Of a DNA stretch of 30,502 nt, positions 17,160 to 26,553 are shown in pieces. Numbering within the stretch: position 1 is the stretch's first letter; every line of letters starts with the position of its first letter. Origin of the DNA: Gemmatimonadales bacterium (GTDB lineage Bacteria; Gemmatimonadota; Gemmatimonadetes; Gemmatimonadales; GWC2-71-9); contig JBOHRZ010000001.1 of NCBI GenBank assembly GCA_050732975.1, forward strand, positions 1 through 30,502. The letters run 5' to 3'. Under the pieces are notes generated by a model. The model did no database searches, was not told the origin of the DNA, and was given only the letters and a program-made list of their open reading frames with translations. A program made the translations under genes and the position numbers.

Positions 17160-20105
17160 TTGCCCAGCGAGACCCGCGCCTGCCCGTCGTGTCACACGCC
17201 GCTTCCGGTCGAAGCACACTTCTGCCTGCACTGTGGCACCCCGACGCCCACCGAACCGGGCGTTCCCGAACGCAAGGCACCCACGGCCGCCGTCGAGGTC
17301 TCGCGGGTCCGCGTCGCACTCTCCGCCGATTACCGTGTGGAGCGGGTTCTCGGCGAAGGCGGCATGGCCACGGTCTACCTCGCGGAAGATCTGAAGCACA
17401 AGCGCAAAGTCGCTATCAAGGTGATGCGGCCGGAACTCGCCGAGACGCTCGGCACCGATCGGTTTCTGCGTGAAGTCGAGATCGCCGCGCAACTGAGTCA
17501 TCCCAACATTCTCCCGGTCTTCGACTCGGGTTCGACCAACGGCATTCTCTGGTATGTGATGCCGTACATCGAGGGTGAGACGCTCCCGGCGCGGCTTGCG
17601 CGTGACACCCAGCTTCCCGTCGCCGAGGCGGTCCGGATTGCGCGCGAAGTCACCGAGGCGCTGGCCTATGCGCACGGGCGGGGCATCATCCATCGCGATA
17701 TCAAGCCGGCCAACATCCTGACTAACCAGGGGCATGCCCTGGTGGCGGATTTCGGGATCGCCCGCGCCATCGGGCCCGCCGGCGGTGCCATCACCAAGAC
17801 CGGGCTGGCGATCGGCACGCCGCACTACATGAGCCCGGAGCAGGCGAGCGGCGCACGCGACGTCGACGGGCGGGCCGACGTGTACGCCGTCGGCGCCGTG
17901 CTGTACGAGATGATCGCCGGCGAACCGCCGTTCACCGGGCCGACGATGCAGGTGATCATCGCGCGCAGTCTTACCGAGACACCGCGGGCGCTGAGTGCCA
18001 CGCGGCAGGGTCTGCCGCCGCGGCTGAATACCCTGGTCATGCGGGCGCTGTCGAAATCGCCGGCCGACCGCTACCAGTCCGCCGGCGCTCTTGCGACGGC
18101 GCTGACCGAGGTCGAGGACCAGATCCGCGGGACGCTTTCCGGCAGTATGCCGTCGGTGTCCACGGCGTCCGCTGGCAAGGCATGGCTGGTCTTCGGGTTC
18201 GGTGTCCTGCTGGCGTTGACGGCGCTGGTACTGGTTGCCGTCCGACGCGGGTTGCCGGTCTGGGTGCTCGGCTTCGCAATTCTGCTCATCGCCGGCGGCG
18301 CGGCCGCGCTCACGTTGACGGCGGCCGCCGAGCGTCGGCGCCGTGAAGCCGTCGCGCCTGGTCGGTGGGATGCGCTGCTCACCTGGCGTAATGCTGCGCT
18401 CGGCGGCGTGGCGGCGCTCGCGCTGTGGGCCGTAGCCGCCACCGGTTTCGCGGTCGGCGGCGGTGGTTCCGGATCGGGCGGCGCCAAGCGGGTCGCGGTG
18501 ATGCCGTTTCAGAATGAGGGGGCGGCGGGCGATCAATACGTCGCGGACGGCATCGCCGACGAGGTCCGTGGCAAGCTGACGCCGATTCCCGGTCTCGAGG
18601 TGATCGCATCCGGCAGTACCGATCAGTACCGCAGCAGCACCAAGAGTCCCGGCGACATCGCCCGCGAGTTGGGCGTGGACTACCTGCTGGTCGGCAAGGT
18701 TCGCTGGACCACGGGCGCCGGAGGCGTCCGTCAGGTCCAGGTGGTTCCGGAACTGGTCAACGGCCGTACCGGTGCCGTGACATGGCAGCAGTCGTTCGAC
18801 GCCGGGGCGACCGACGTGCTCAGCATGCAGACCACCATCGCGACGCGGGTGGCATCAGCGCTCGGCGCCGTGCTGGGAAGCCACGAGCAGCAGGAACTCT
18901 CCGCGCGCCCGACCAGCAACGCCGCGGCCTACGACCTCTATCTCAAGGGTCGTGCGGTACGCGGCAGCGCGGCGCAGGATAACCGCCGTGCAGCAGGGTA
19001 CTATGAACAGGCGGTGGCGCTCGATTCCACCTTCGTCGATGCGTGGGCATATCTCTCCACAGCGCTCACCGGGGTTTACGGTGGCGGAACCCGCGATCCG
19101 GCAGTCGGTCAGCGCGCCAGGCAGGCGGCGGAGCGCGCCATGCAACTCAATCCCAACTCCGTCCTCGCCCACCTGGCGATGTACCGCTACTACAACGCCG
19201 TGGAGATTGACAACGCCAAGGCGTACACCCAGATCCAGCTCGCGCTGAAGGACTCGCCCAACGACGCCAATGCGCTGGCCTCATTCGCCCGGGTGCTCAC
19301 CAGTACCGGCGAATACGACTCCGCGCTGGTCGTCGCGCGGCGCGCCCGGGATCTCGACCCGAGGTCCCTCGGCACGCTGGGGGTGCTCGAGGGGATCCTT
19401 ATCAACACGCACCACGGCAGCGAGGCGCAGCAGGTCGCCAGCCAACTGTTGGCGCTCGATCCCGCGACCCCGACGCAGGTCGAGAGTGCCGTCACGGCCT
19501 ACCTGATCGACGGGAAGCTCGATCAGGCGCGGGCCGTGGTCGCCGCCGCGCTGGACACCATTCCGGCGCCCGATCTCGTCTCGTATTTCGCCGGCTATCA
19601 GGAGTTCTCGTGGGTCCTGCCCGAGCCGCAGCGAGAGCTGCTCTTCCGATTGACGCCTGCTTCCTTCGACAACGATCGGGCCTGGTGGGGCCAGGCGTTG
19701 GCCATTTCCGCGTTCGACCATGGTGATCGCGCCGTTGCGAAGGCCTACGCCGACTCGGGACTCAAGGTCGCGGAAGGCCAGCTCGCCGCCAATCCCGCTG
19801 ATCCCCAGCTCCGTGTGCTCTACGGTGTCATGCTCGCGTATCTGGGGCGCAAGCCCGAGGCGATCGCGGCGGCCGACTCGGTGCTCGCCGAGATCCGGCC
19901 CGGTGACTATTCCCATTACTACGAGATGCTGCAGACGGCGCGCATCTTCCTCGCCGTGGGCGAGAATGACCGAGCCCTCGACGTCCTCGACCGGGAGTTG
20001 AGGGCCCCCTTCTTCGTCACCCCGGCATTTCTAAGAATCGCTCCGCTGTTCGCGCCACTCAAGGGCAATGCACGGTTCGAGCGAATGATCGCGCAGACGA
20101 ACTAG
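17160..20105 (+). CDS. Ser/Thr protein kinase: zinc ribbon, kinase, 3 TM helices, TolB-like domain, TPRs; ~981 aa
   Basis: CPSC...CLHC; LGEGGMATVYLA; HRDIKPAN; DFGIA; GTPHYMSPEQ; RVAVMPFQN; AYDLYLKGR...YEQAVALDS; TTG start inferred. Confidence 0.93.
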   Translation: MPSETRACPSCHTPLPVEAHFCLHCGTPTPTEPGVPERKAPTAAVEVSRVRVALSADYRVERVLGEGGMATVYLAEDLKHKRKVAIKVMRPELAETLGTDRFLREVEIAAQLSHPNILPVFDSGSTNGILWYVMPYIEGETLPARLARDTQLPVAEAVRIAREVTEALAYAHGRGIIHRDIKPANILTNQGHALVADFGIARAIGPAGGAITKTGLAIGTPHYMSPEQASGARDVDGRADVYAVGAVLYEMIAGEPPFTGPTMQVIIARSLTETPRALSATRQGLPPRLNTLVMRALSKSPADRYQSAGALATALTEVEDQIRGTLSGSMPSVSTASAGKAWLVFGFGVLLALTALVLVAVRRGLPVWVLGFAILLIAGGAAALTLTAAAERRRREAVAPGRWDALLTWRNAALGGVAALALWAVAATGFAVGGGGSGSGGAKRVAVMPFQNEGAAGDQYVADGIADEVRGKLTPIPGLEVIASGSTDQYRSSTKSPGDIARELGVDYLLVGKVRWTTGAGGVRQVQVVPELVNGRTGAVTWQQSFDAGATDVLSMQTTIATRVASALGAVLGSHEQQELSARPTSNAAAYDLYLKGRAVRGSAAQDNRRAAGYYEQAVALDSTFVDAWAYLSTALTGVYGGGTRDPAVGQRARQAAERAMQLNPNSVLAHLAMYRYYNAVEIDNAKAYTQIQLALKDSPNDANALASFARVLTSTGEYDSALVVARRARDLDPRSLGTLGVLEGILINTHHGSEAQQVASQLLALDPATPTQVESAVTAYLIDGKLDQARAVVAAALDTIPAPDLVSYFAGYQEFSWVLPEPQRELLFRLTPASFDNDRAWWGQALAISAFDHGDRAVAKAYADSGLKVAEGQLAANPADPQLRVLYGVMLAYLGRKPEAIAAADSVLAEIRPGDYSHYYEMLQTARIFLAVGENDRALDVLDRELRAPFFVTPAFLRIAPLFAPLKGNARFERMIAQTN

Positions 20106-20133
20106 CCTTCTCTCCTTCTCTCCTTCTCTCCTT
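20106..20133. repeat. (CCTTCTCT)x3.5 filling the whole gap between two convergent stop codons
   Basis: Read directly; reverse complement of the octamer array at 25251. Confidence 0.9.
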
Positions 20134-21627
20134 CTATCGTTTCCATCCCTGCGCCTCCAACCCCTGGATCAATCCGGGTGTCTGCAGTGAGATCGGGCGC
20201 ATGTAGTCGCCCACCAACGTCCGCCGCCACCAGTTGCCGGTGCGGCGGTGATCCTCCGGTGTGGTGAACCAATACTGATAGTATTGCGCGCGGAGCCACA
20301 TCGGCGGCCGGTCGGGGAACGGATTGCCGTCGCGGGCGAGCAGTGACAGCGTCGGCTTGTCGTTCTGCAGGAGCCGCGCCGCGAGCGGGACGAACCAGGG
20401 GTCGGCGTAGTCGCGGCTCAGCGCCGCGAACCACATCAGCCAGTCGATGCGCAGATGATATGGCGCCACGATCGGCGGGCGCCGTGAGACGTCGCCGGGC
20501 TTGGCCTTGAACTGATATTCCTTCCACACCGTCGCAGGCGTGATCACGCTGTCGGTCGTGCCTTCGAGCACGACCTCGTACCGCTCGCGCGAAATGCTGC
20601 CGAACGCCCCGTAGGTATTCACCAGGTGCAATGGCTCGAACGAGGCGTTCATCAGCTGCCGATTCGACACCAGGTTGAGCGCCGGCCGGATGCTCAGCGC
20701 ACCGACCACCACGGCGAGCCCTCCGAGGGCGAGCTGGTGGGGCAGCGCCATCGGCTCGACCGGCCCGGGATGGATCGGCAGGATGCGCCGCAGAAACCCG
20801 TCGTCGAAGCATGCCACCGCGGTGACCATCGTCAACCAGTTGAGCCACGAGAGATTGCCGCTCAGGATCAGCATGAACTGGAACGCGACGATGATCACGC
20901 CCGCCGTGCGCCGCACCCAGGCGATCGGCACGAAGACCCCGAACGGCGCCACCAGCTCGGCCAGGTGATTGAACACCACGCCCGCTTTGTTGACCACCAC
21001 CGGCAGGCGATTGAAATACCAGCTCAGCGGATTGGGCATCGGCTGGCTCTGGTAGTGGTAGACGAGGCAGGTGAGGTTCCGCCAGCACGGGTCGCCGCGG
21101 AGCTTGATCAATCCGGCGCCGAACATGATGCGGAAGACCAGCCAGCGGAACATCCAGATCACGATCACCGGCGGCGCAGTGTTGCGCGCACCAAGGAAGA
21201 TCGCCAGGAATCCCGATTCGAGCAGCAGCGTCTCCCAGCCGAAGGCGTACCACGTCTGCCCGACATTCACGATCGAGAGATAGACGAGCCACATCACACC
21301 CCAGATCACCATGCTAACCGGGGTCCCGAAGCGTTCCGAGAGTCCCGCCAGCGCGAGCGCGGCGCAGGCAACCCCGAGCCAGGAGAGCACCATGGCGAAG
21401 CCGTCGGAGTAATGCAGGAAGAAGAGGCTCGGCGAACGCCAGAACGACGAATGCTCGAGCATGAACGGCACCGGGGTGAGTCCGCGGGTGCCGAGCAACG
21501 GGCGGAACTGGTTGACCGCTACGGCAAAGGCAACGAGGTAGATGCCGGCAAGCGAGCGCTGCAGGAGCCAGCGCGTCAGCCAGTACGGTGCGCCGGTATC
21601 GCCGCCGAGGATCGCTGCCGCGGTCAT
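20134..21627 (-). CDS. Lipase maturation factor (LMF) family membrane protein, 497 aa
   Basis: NVGQTWYAFGWETLLLESGFLA, FRIMFGAGLIKLRGDPCW, HYQSQPMP, ILSGNLSWLNWLT, NTYGAFG, PYHLRIDWLMWFAA. Confidence 0.93.
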   Translation of the reverse strand: MTAAAILGGDTGAPYWLTRWLLQRSLAGIYLVAFAVAVNQFRPLLGTRGLTPVPFMLEHSSFWRSPSLFFLHYSDGFAMVLSWLGVACAALALAGLSERFGTPVSMVIWGVMWLVYLSIVNVGQTWYAFGWETLLLESGFLAIFLGARNTAPPVIVIWMFRWLVFRIMFGAGLIKLRGDPCWRNLTCLVYHYQSQPMPNPLSWYFNRLPVVVNKAGVVFNHLAELVAPFGVFVPIAWVRRTAGVIIVAFQFMLILSGNLSWLNWLTMVTAVACFDDGFLRRILPIHPGPVEPMALPHQLALGGLAVVVGALSIRPALNLVSNRQLMNASFEPLHLVNTYGAFGSISRERYEVVLEGTTDSVITPATVWKEYQFKAKPGDVSRRPPIVAPYHLRIDWLMWFAALSRDYADPWFVPLAARLLQNDKPTLSLLARDGNPFPDRPPMWLRAQYYQYWFTTPEDHRRTGNWWRRTLVGDYMRPISLQTPGLIQGLEAQGWKR

Positions 21628-23048
21628 CGCCCGGCCAGGTCGCGCAGGGCGGAGCGAGCCGCGTTGTAGCCGCACATGCCATGCACGCCGCCGCCGGGCG
21701 GCGTCGATGCCGAGCAGAGATACCATCCCGGAACCGGGATGGTATAGGGATTGAGGCGCAGCATCGGACGCGCCAGGATCTGGCGTACATCGTTGGCGCC
21801 GCCCACGACGTCGCCGCCGACATAGTTCGCGTTGTACGCCTCCAGCAGCGCCGGTGTCATGACGTGGCGCGCGAGGATCCGCTCACGGAATCCCGGCGCG
21901 AACCGCTCGATCTGCTCCTCGATCCTGCTGGTCATGTCCGTTGTCGAGCCATTGGGCACGTGGCAGTAGGCCCACGCGGTATGCGATCCGTCCGGGGCAC
22001 GGCTGCCGTCGAACAGGCTCGGCTGCGCCAGCAGCACGAACGGTCGGTCCGGCTCGCGGCCTTCCGCCACGTCCCGTTCGGATGCGATGATTTCCTCGAA
22101 ACCTCCGGCCACATGCACCGTCCCCGCCAGCGAACAATCGGTGTTGCGCCACGGAATCGGCTCCCGCAGCGCCCAGTCCACCTTGAATGCCGCCGGGCCG
22201 TAGCGGAACGCCGACAGACCTCTGCGATACGACGACGGAAGGCGATCACCGCCGATCCCGGCAAGCTGGCGCGGCGAGAGATCGAAACAGACGGTGTCAG
22301 TCGGTGGGAGATCCTGCCACCGCTCGATACGGTGCTCGGTGACCACCGTGCCTCCGAGCGACTGCAGGTAGGACACCAGGGCGTCGGTAATCGCCTGGGC
22401 TCCGCCACGAGGCAGCGGCCATCCATACGCATGACCGACCATTCCCAGGACCAGAGCGAAGGACGCAGTGGCGATGCCGTCCAGCGGCTCGACGGAATGC
22501 GCCGCGAGGCCGGCGAACAGCGCCCGGGCGCGTGCACCGGCGAACCGTGAGGTCGCGAATCCTCTGGCGGAATGCAGGGCGTCGAGTCCGAAACGCGCCA
22601 GGGTGAGCGGCCGCCGCGGCGGAAGGGCGGGTGCCAGCAGGACATCGAGCAGCGCATCGCAGCGTTCGGCGAGCGAACCGAACACGTGACGATACGCGGC
22701 GGCGTCTTCGCCAAGGTCCCTCGCGGTTTCATCGACCGACCGGCGCAGCAGCACCGCCGAACCGTCCGCGAACGGGTGCGCCAGCGCCGCCTCCGGCTGG
22801 ATCCATTCCAGGCCGAACGACGCGAGCGGCAGCGTGCGGAAGAACGGCGACGCCACCGCCATCGGATGGATCGCCGAGCAGACATCGTGGTGGAAGCCCG
22901 GCAGCGTCAGTTCCGCGGTCCGGGCGCCTCCTCCCGGAGCGTTGGCCGCTTCGAGGATCGTCACCTCGGATCCTGCGCGCGTCAGGGCGATTCCTGCCGC
23001 CAGCCCGTTGGGTCCGGCGCCGACGACGACAGCCGATGAGCGACTCAT
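21624..23048 (-). CDS. NAD(P)/FAD-dependent oxidoreductase, phytoene-dehydrogenase-like, 474 aa
   Basis: VVVGAGPNGL Rossmann motif, GFHHDVCSAIHP, YLCSASTPPGGGVHGMCG; ATGA overlap with the LMF gene. Confidence 0.93.
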   Translation of the reverse strand: MSRSSAVVVGAGPNGLAAGIALTRAGSEVTILEAANAPGGGARTAELTLPGFHHDVCSAIHPMAVASPFFRTLPLASFGLEWIQPEAALAHPFADGSAVLLRRSVDETARDLGEDAAAYRHVFGSLAERCDALLDVLLAPALPPRRPLTLARFGLDALHSARGFATSRFAGARARALFAGLAAHSVEPLDGIATASFALVLGMVGHAYGWPLPRGGAQAITDALVSYLQSLGGTVVTEHRIERWQDLPPTDTVCFDLSPRQLAGIGGDRLPSSYRRGLSAFRYGPAAFKVDWALREPIPWRNTDCSLAGTVHVAGGFEEIIASERDVAEGREPDRPFVLLAQPSLFDGSRAPDGSHTAWAYCHVPNGSTTDMTSRIEEQIERFAPGFRERILARHVMTPALLEAYNANYVGGDVVGGANDVRQILARPMLRLNPYTIPVPGWYLCSASTPPGGGVHGMCGYNAARSALRDLAGR

Positions 23049-23201
23049 GTCCGCAAGACCATCTGCCGTCCTCCGCTGCAATAGAGATACGTGCCTTGTG
23101 ACGGTCGGGCCACTATCCCGCCTACTGACGCAACGGCGTTAGTTTTCGCGCACCGCGTCCGGGCGCCCCCCTATCGGGCTACCACAACTCCGAGAGCAAT
23201 A

Positions 23202-25250
23202 ATGTCGCTCTTCCGTCGGCTCGCCGCCGCCGCCACCATCGCCGTCGCATCCATCGTTGCACCGGCGTCTGCCCAGTCCCCGGCCATGCCCGGTCCCATC
23301 TTCAAGGACGGCCAGGCCCAGATCGTCCCCGCCTTCGACACCGCGGCGAAGTGGATCCACCAGGAGCTCTGGGTCGAGACCGACTTCGACACCGATCACG
23401 ACGGGAAGAAAGACCGGATGCACGTCGACGTCACCCGGCCTGCCCAGACCGCGACCGGCCTCAAGGTCCCGATCATCATGGGGTCGAGCCCGTACTACGC
23501 CGGCACCTCGCGTCCCCAGGTCAACTGGGACGTCAAGGTCGAGGTCGGCGCCGTGCCACCCCCGCGTGACAAAATGAACAATCCGCCATTCCGCTCGCCC
23601 CGCGACACGATCTCGATGGCGCTGGTGAATCAGTGGGTGCCGCGCGGATTCGCTGTGGTACACTCCGAGGCGCCGGGCACCGGCCTCTCATCGGGATGTC
23701 CGACAGTCGGGGACTACCCCGAACGCGAGGCCCCTGCGTTCGTCATCCGCTGGCTCAACGGCAACGCGAAGGGGTACACCACCAGGACCGGCAATGTTGA
23801 AGTGAAGGCGGCGCCGTGGTCGACCGGCAAGGTCGGCATGATGGGGACGTCATACGAAGGCACCCTCCCGCTCGCCGCGGCGACCACGGGCGTCAAGGGC
23901 CTCGAAGTCGTGATCCCCGTGTCGCCCAATACCACCTACTACCACTACTACCGCAGCAACGGCCTGGTGCGCTCGCCCGGCGGGTATCTCGGCGAAGACG
24001 TTGACGTGCTGTACGATTTCATCGCCAGCGGCGACACCGCCAACCGCGCTCGCTGCGACAGCATCTGGAAGAACGGCATCTTTGCCCGAGGCCAGGACCG
24101 CGCGTCGGGAGACATGAACAAGTTCTGGCTCGATCGTGATCTGCTGCTTCATGTCAAGAGCATCAAGGCAGCGGTGCTGCTGGCGCACGGATTCAACGAT
24201 TACAACGTCGTGCCGGAGCACAGCGTCCGGATCTACAACGCGATGAAAGCGGATCACATTCCGGTGTCGATCTATCTGCACACCGGTGGACACGGCGGCA
24301 ATCCACCCGCCGATATGGTCAATCGCTGGTTTTCGCACTACCTGTATGGTGTGAACAATGGCGTCGAGAAGGCTCCGCCGGTCTGGATCGTCCAGGATGC
24401 CGCGATGCAGTACCCGCCCCAGGTGGCGCGGCTCAAGGCGTTCGAGGATTCGGTGGCGGCGAATCCGCCTCCTCCGCCGCCGCCGGACACCAGCAACGGC
24501 GGCCGTGGTGGCCGGGGCGGCCGTGGGGGTCGGGGCGGGAGAGGCGGTCGCGGGGGCTTCGGCGGGCGGGGCAGGGGTTTGCCGCCGGTCTATCCCACGC
24601 CGTTCGCATCGTTCCCGATTCCGGGCTCGGTGCCGATCGATCTGCATCCGACCGCCGGCGGTTCCGGGATCGGCGGCTTGGCATTGACCGCGGCGCCGTC
24701 CGGCACCGAGAAGCTGGTCGATGATGTGAATCAGAGCGGCAGCGCCGATGCGTCGGCCGCCAGATCGAGCCATCGCCTGTTGTATGCGACGGCGACGCTC
24801 AGCGATACGGTGCATATCTCCGGCACGCCGCGCGTCACGCTCCGGATCGCGTCCAGCAAGCCGGCCGCGAATCTCAGCGTCTGGCTGGTGATGCTGCCCT
24901 ACGATTCGGCGGGACGGCAGTCCGAAAGCCACGTCGGCTTGATCGACCGCGGCTGGGCAGACATTCGCAATTACAAATCGCTGACGCACGGCGGCAACTA
25001 CGAATCGACCGCGCACGGCGAATCACTCATGCCGGGAAAGTTCTACGACCTGACCTTCGACCTCGAGCCCGACGACGAATTCGTCCCGGCCGGGAAGCGC
25101 CTCGCAGTGATGATCATGTCGAGCGATGCGGAGTTCACGCTGTGGCCGAAGCCGGGAACGGAACTGACCGTCGATCTCGCTCACTCCTATGTCACGATCC
25201 CGATCGTGGGTGGCAAGAATGCGCTGATGAAAGCCGGCGGGATGCAGTAA
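23202..25250 (+). CDS. Secreted Xaa-Pro dipeptidyl-peptidase (S15, PepX/CocE-like), 682 aa
   Basis: Signal peptide; GMMGTSYEG nucleophile elbow; DYNV; GGHGG; C-terminal PepX_C-like ISGTPRVTL; internal Pro/GGR low-complexity insert. Confidence 0.92.
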   Translation: MSLFRRLAAAATIAVASIVAPASAQSPAMPGPIFKDGQAQIVPAFDTAAKWIHQELWVETDFDTDHDGKKDRMHVDVTRPAQTATGLKVPIIMGSSPYYAGTSRPQVNWDVKVEVGAVPPPRDKMNNPPFRSPRDTISMALVNQWVPRGFAVVHSEAPGTGLSSGCPTVGDYPEREAPAFVIRWLNGNAKGYTTRTGNVEVKAAPWSTGKVGMMGTSYEGTLPLAAATTGVKGLEVVIPVSPNTTYYHYYRSNGLVRSPGGYLGEDVDVLYDFIASGDTANRARCDSIWKNGIFARGQDRASGDMNKFWLDRDLLLHVKSIKAAVLLAHGFNDYNVVPEHSVRIYNAMKADHIPVSIYLHTGGHGGNPPADMVNRWFSHYLYGVNNGVEKAPPVWIVQDAAMQYPPQVARLKAFEDSVAANPPPPPPPDTSNGGRGGRGGRGGRGGRGGRGGFGGRGRGLPPVYPTPFASFPIPGSVPIDLHPTAGGSGIGGLALTAAPSGTEKLVDDVNQSGSADASAARSSHRLLYATATLSDTVHISGTPRVTLRIASSKPAANLSVWLVMLPYDSAGRQSESHVGLIDRGWADIRNYKSLTHGGNYESTAHGESLMPGKFYDLTFDLEPDDEFVPAGKRLAVMIMSSDAEFTLWPKPGTELTVDLAHSYVTIPIVGGKNALMKAGGMQ

Positions 25251-25361
25251 AGAGAAAAGGAGAAAAGGAGAGAAGGAGAGAAGGAGAGAAGGAGAGAAGG
25301 AGAGAAGGAGAGAAGGAGGCGCTGGTCGCTGGGCGCTGGTCGCTGGGCGCTGGGCCCCGGG
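25251..25361. repeat. Composite array: GGAGAGAA octamers (6 perfect, 2 variants) followed by (G/T)CGCTGG heptamers x5
   Basis: Read directly; 25249-25319 is purine-only; fills the whole convergent intergenic gap. Confidence 0.92.
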
Positions 25362-26495
25362 CTACGGACCGCGCCCGCGCGTTTCGGCCAGCACCGGTGC
25401 CATCAACCCCTCGCGGGAACGATGGTGCGGGTCCTGTCCCGCGCGAATGGCGTTCACCATCTCCAGCGCGGTCGCGGTGCACGGCGGCAACGTCGCGGCG
25501 GAGTTGCCCAAAGGGGTGATGCGATCACCCCAGCGCACCAGCAGTGCGCACCAGGTAAGGCCGCCGCCGAACGCCGGGATCAGGATCGTGGCTCCCGGCT
25601 TGACCCGTCCGGCCGCGAGCGCCTCGGTGAGCGCCACCGGCACCGTCGCCGCGCTCATGTTGCCGTACTTCTCGACGGTCAGTATGACCTTGTCCATCGG
25701 AATGCCGGCCGACTTCGCGACCGCCTCGATGATCCGCAGGTTGGCCTGGTGCGGCACCACCAGGTCGACGTCATCAGCCGACAATCCCGCCTGCTCCAGC
25801 ACCCGCGCCGATGCGGCCGACATCGCCTGCACGGCGCGCTTGAAGATCGCCGGTCCGTCGAAGTCCCAGATGGTATCGCCCAGCGTCACACCGCGGCCGG
25901 CATACGCGCACCCGACCCCGCGGACCCGCAGCGTCTGCCGCGATTCGGCGTCGCAGCCCAGGACGCTGCCGATCAGTCCTTCCTCGCGCTCGCTCCGCTG
26001 CACCACGACGGCCGCCGCGCCGTCGCCGAACAGCACCGCCACGTTGCGATTGCTCCAATCCATGTAGCGCGAGATCAACTCGACGCCGATCACCAGCGCG
26101 TTGCGGACCACGCCGGTGCGGACCATCGCCGTCGCCGCCGCGAGGCCGTAGCAGAATGAGGTGCACGCGGTGTTGAGATCGATCGATGCCGCGCGGGTGG
26201 CACCCAGCATGATCTGGACTCCTGACGCGCTGTTGGGGCAGATCTCGTCGTTGCTGGTGCCGCCGTAGACGATCAGGTCGAGGTCGGCGGCGTCGAGCCC
26301 CGCGCAGGCAAGCGCGCGCGCGCCGGCGACTGCCGCCAGTTCACCCGCCGTGACGTGCGAGATCCGGCGCTCGCGCATTCCGGTGCGGGTGGTGATCCAC
26401 TCGTCGCTGGTGTCGAGCAACGTGGAGAGGTCGTGATTGGTCAGGACGGCGGGGGGAAGGCACGCTCCCCACCCGGTGATGGCGGCCCAGGTCAT
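25362..26495 (-). CDS. fabH: 3-oxoacyl-ACP synthase III family protein, 377 aa
   Basis: DTSDEWITTRTG, TACTSF (Cys), LFGDGAAA, VPHQANLRII (His), YGNMSAAT (Asn), AFGGGLTW; GAGGAG RBS. Confidence 0.92.
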   Translation of the reverse strand: MTWAAITGWGACLPPAVLTNHDLSTLLDTSDEWITTRTGMRERRISHVTAGELAAVAGARALACAGLDAADLDLIVYGGTSNDEICPNSASGVQIMLGATRAASIDLNTACTSFCYGLAAATAMVRTGVVRNALVIGVELISRYMDWSNRNVAVLFGDGAAAVVVQRSEREEGLIGSVLGCDAESRQTLRVRGVGCAYAGRGVTLGDTIWDFDGPAIFKRAVQAMSAASARVLEQAGLSADDVDLVVPHQANLRIIEAVAKSAGIPMDKVILTVEKYGNMSAATVPVALTEALAAGRVKPGATILIPAFGGGLTWCALLVRWGDRITPLGNSAATLPPCTATALEMVNAIRAGQDPHHRSREGLMAPVLAETRGRGP

Positions 26496-26553
26496 CGCTG
26501 CTCCTCGCGCATCCACAAACGTAAGGAACCCGGTGCCCGACCGGGCCGGCTGG

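Noticed and set aside
21624..23048. Carotenoid gene crtI
   Set aside because: No crtB/crtE/crtY neighbours; motifs fit the broad phytoene-dehydrogenase-like family.
25251..25361. CRISPR array
   Set aside because: Contiguous 7-8-nt units with no spacers and no cas genes.
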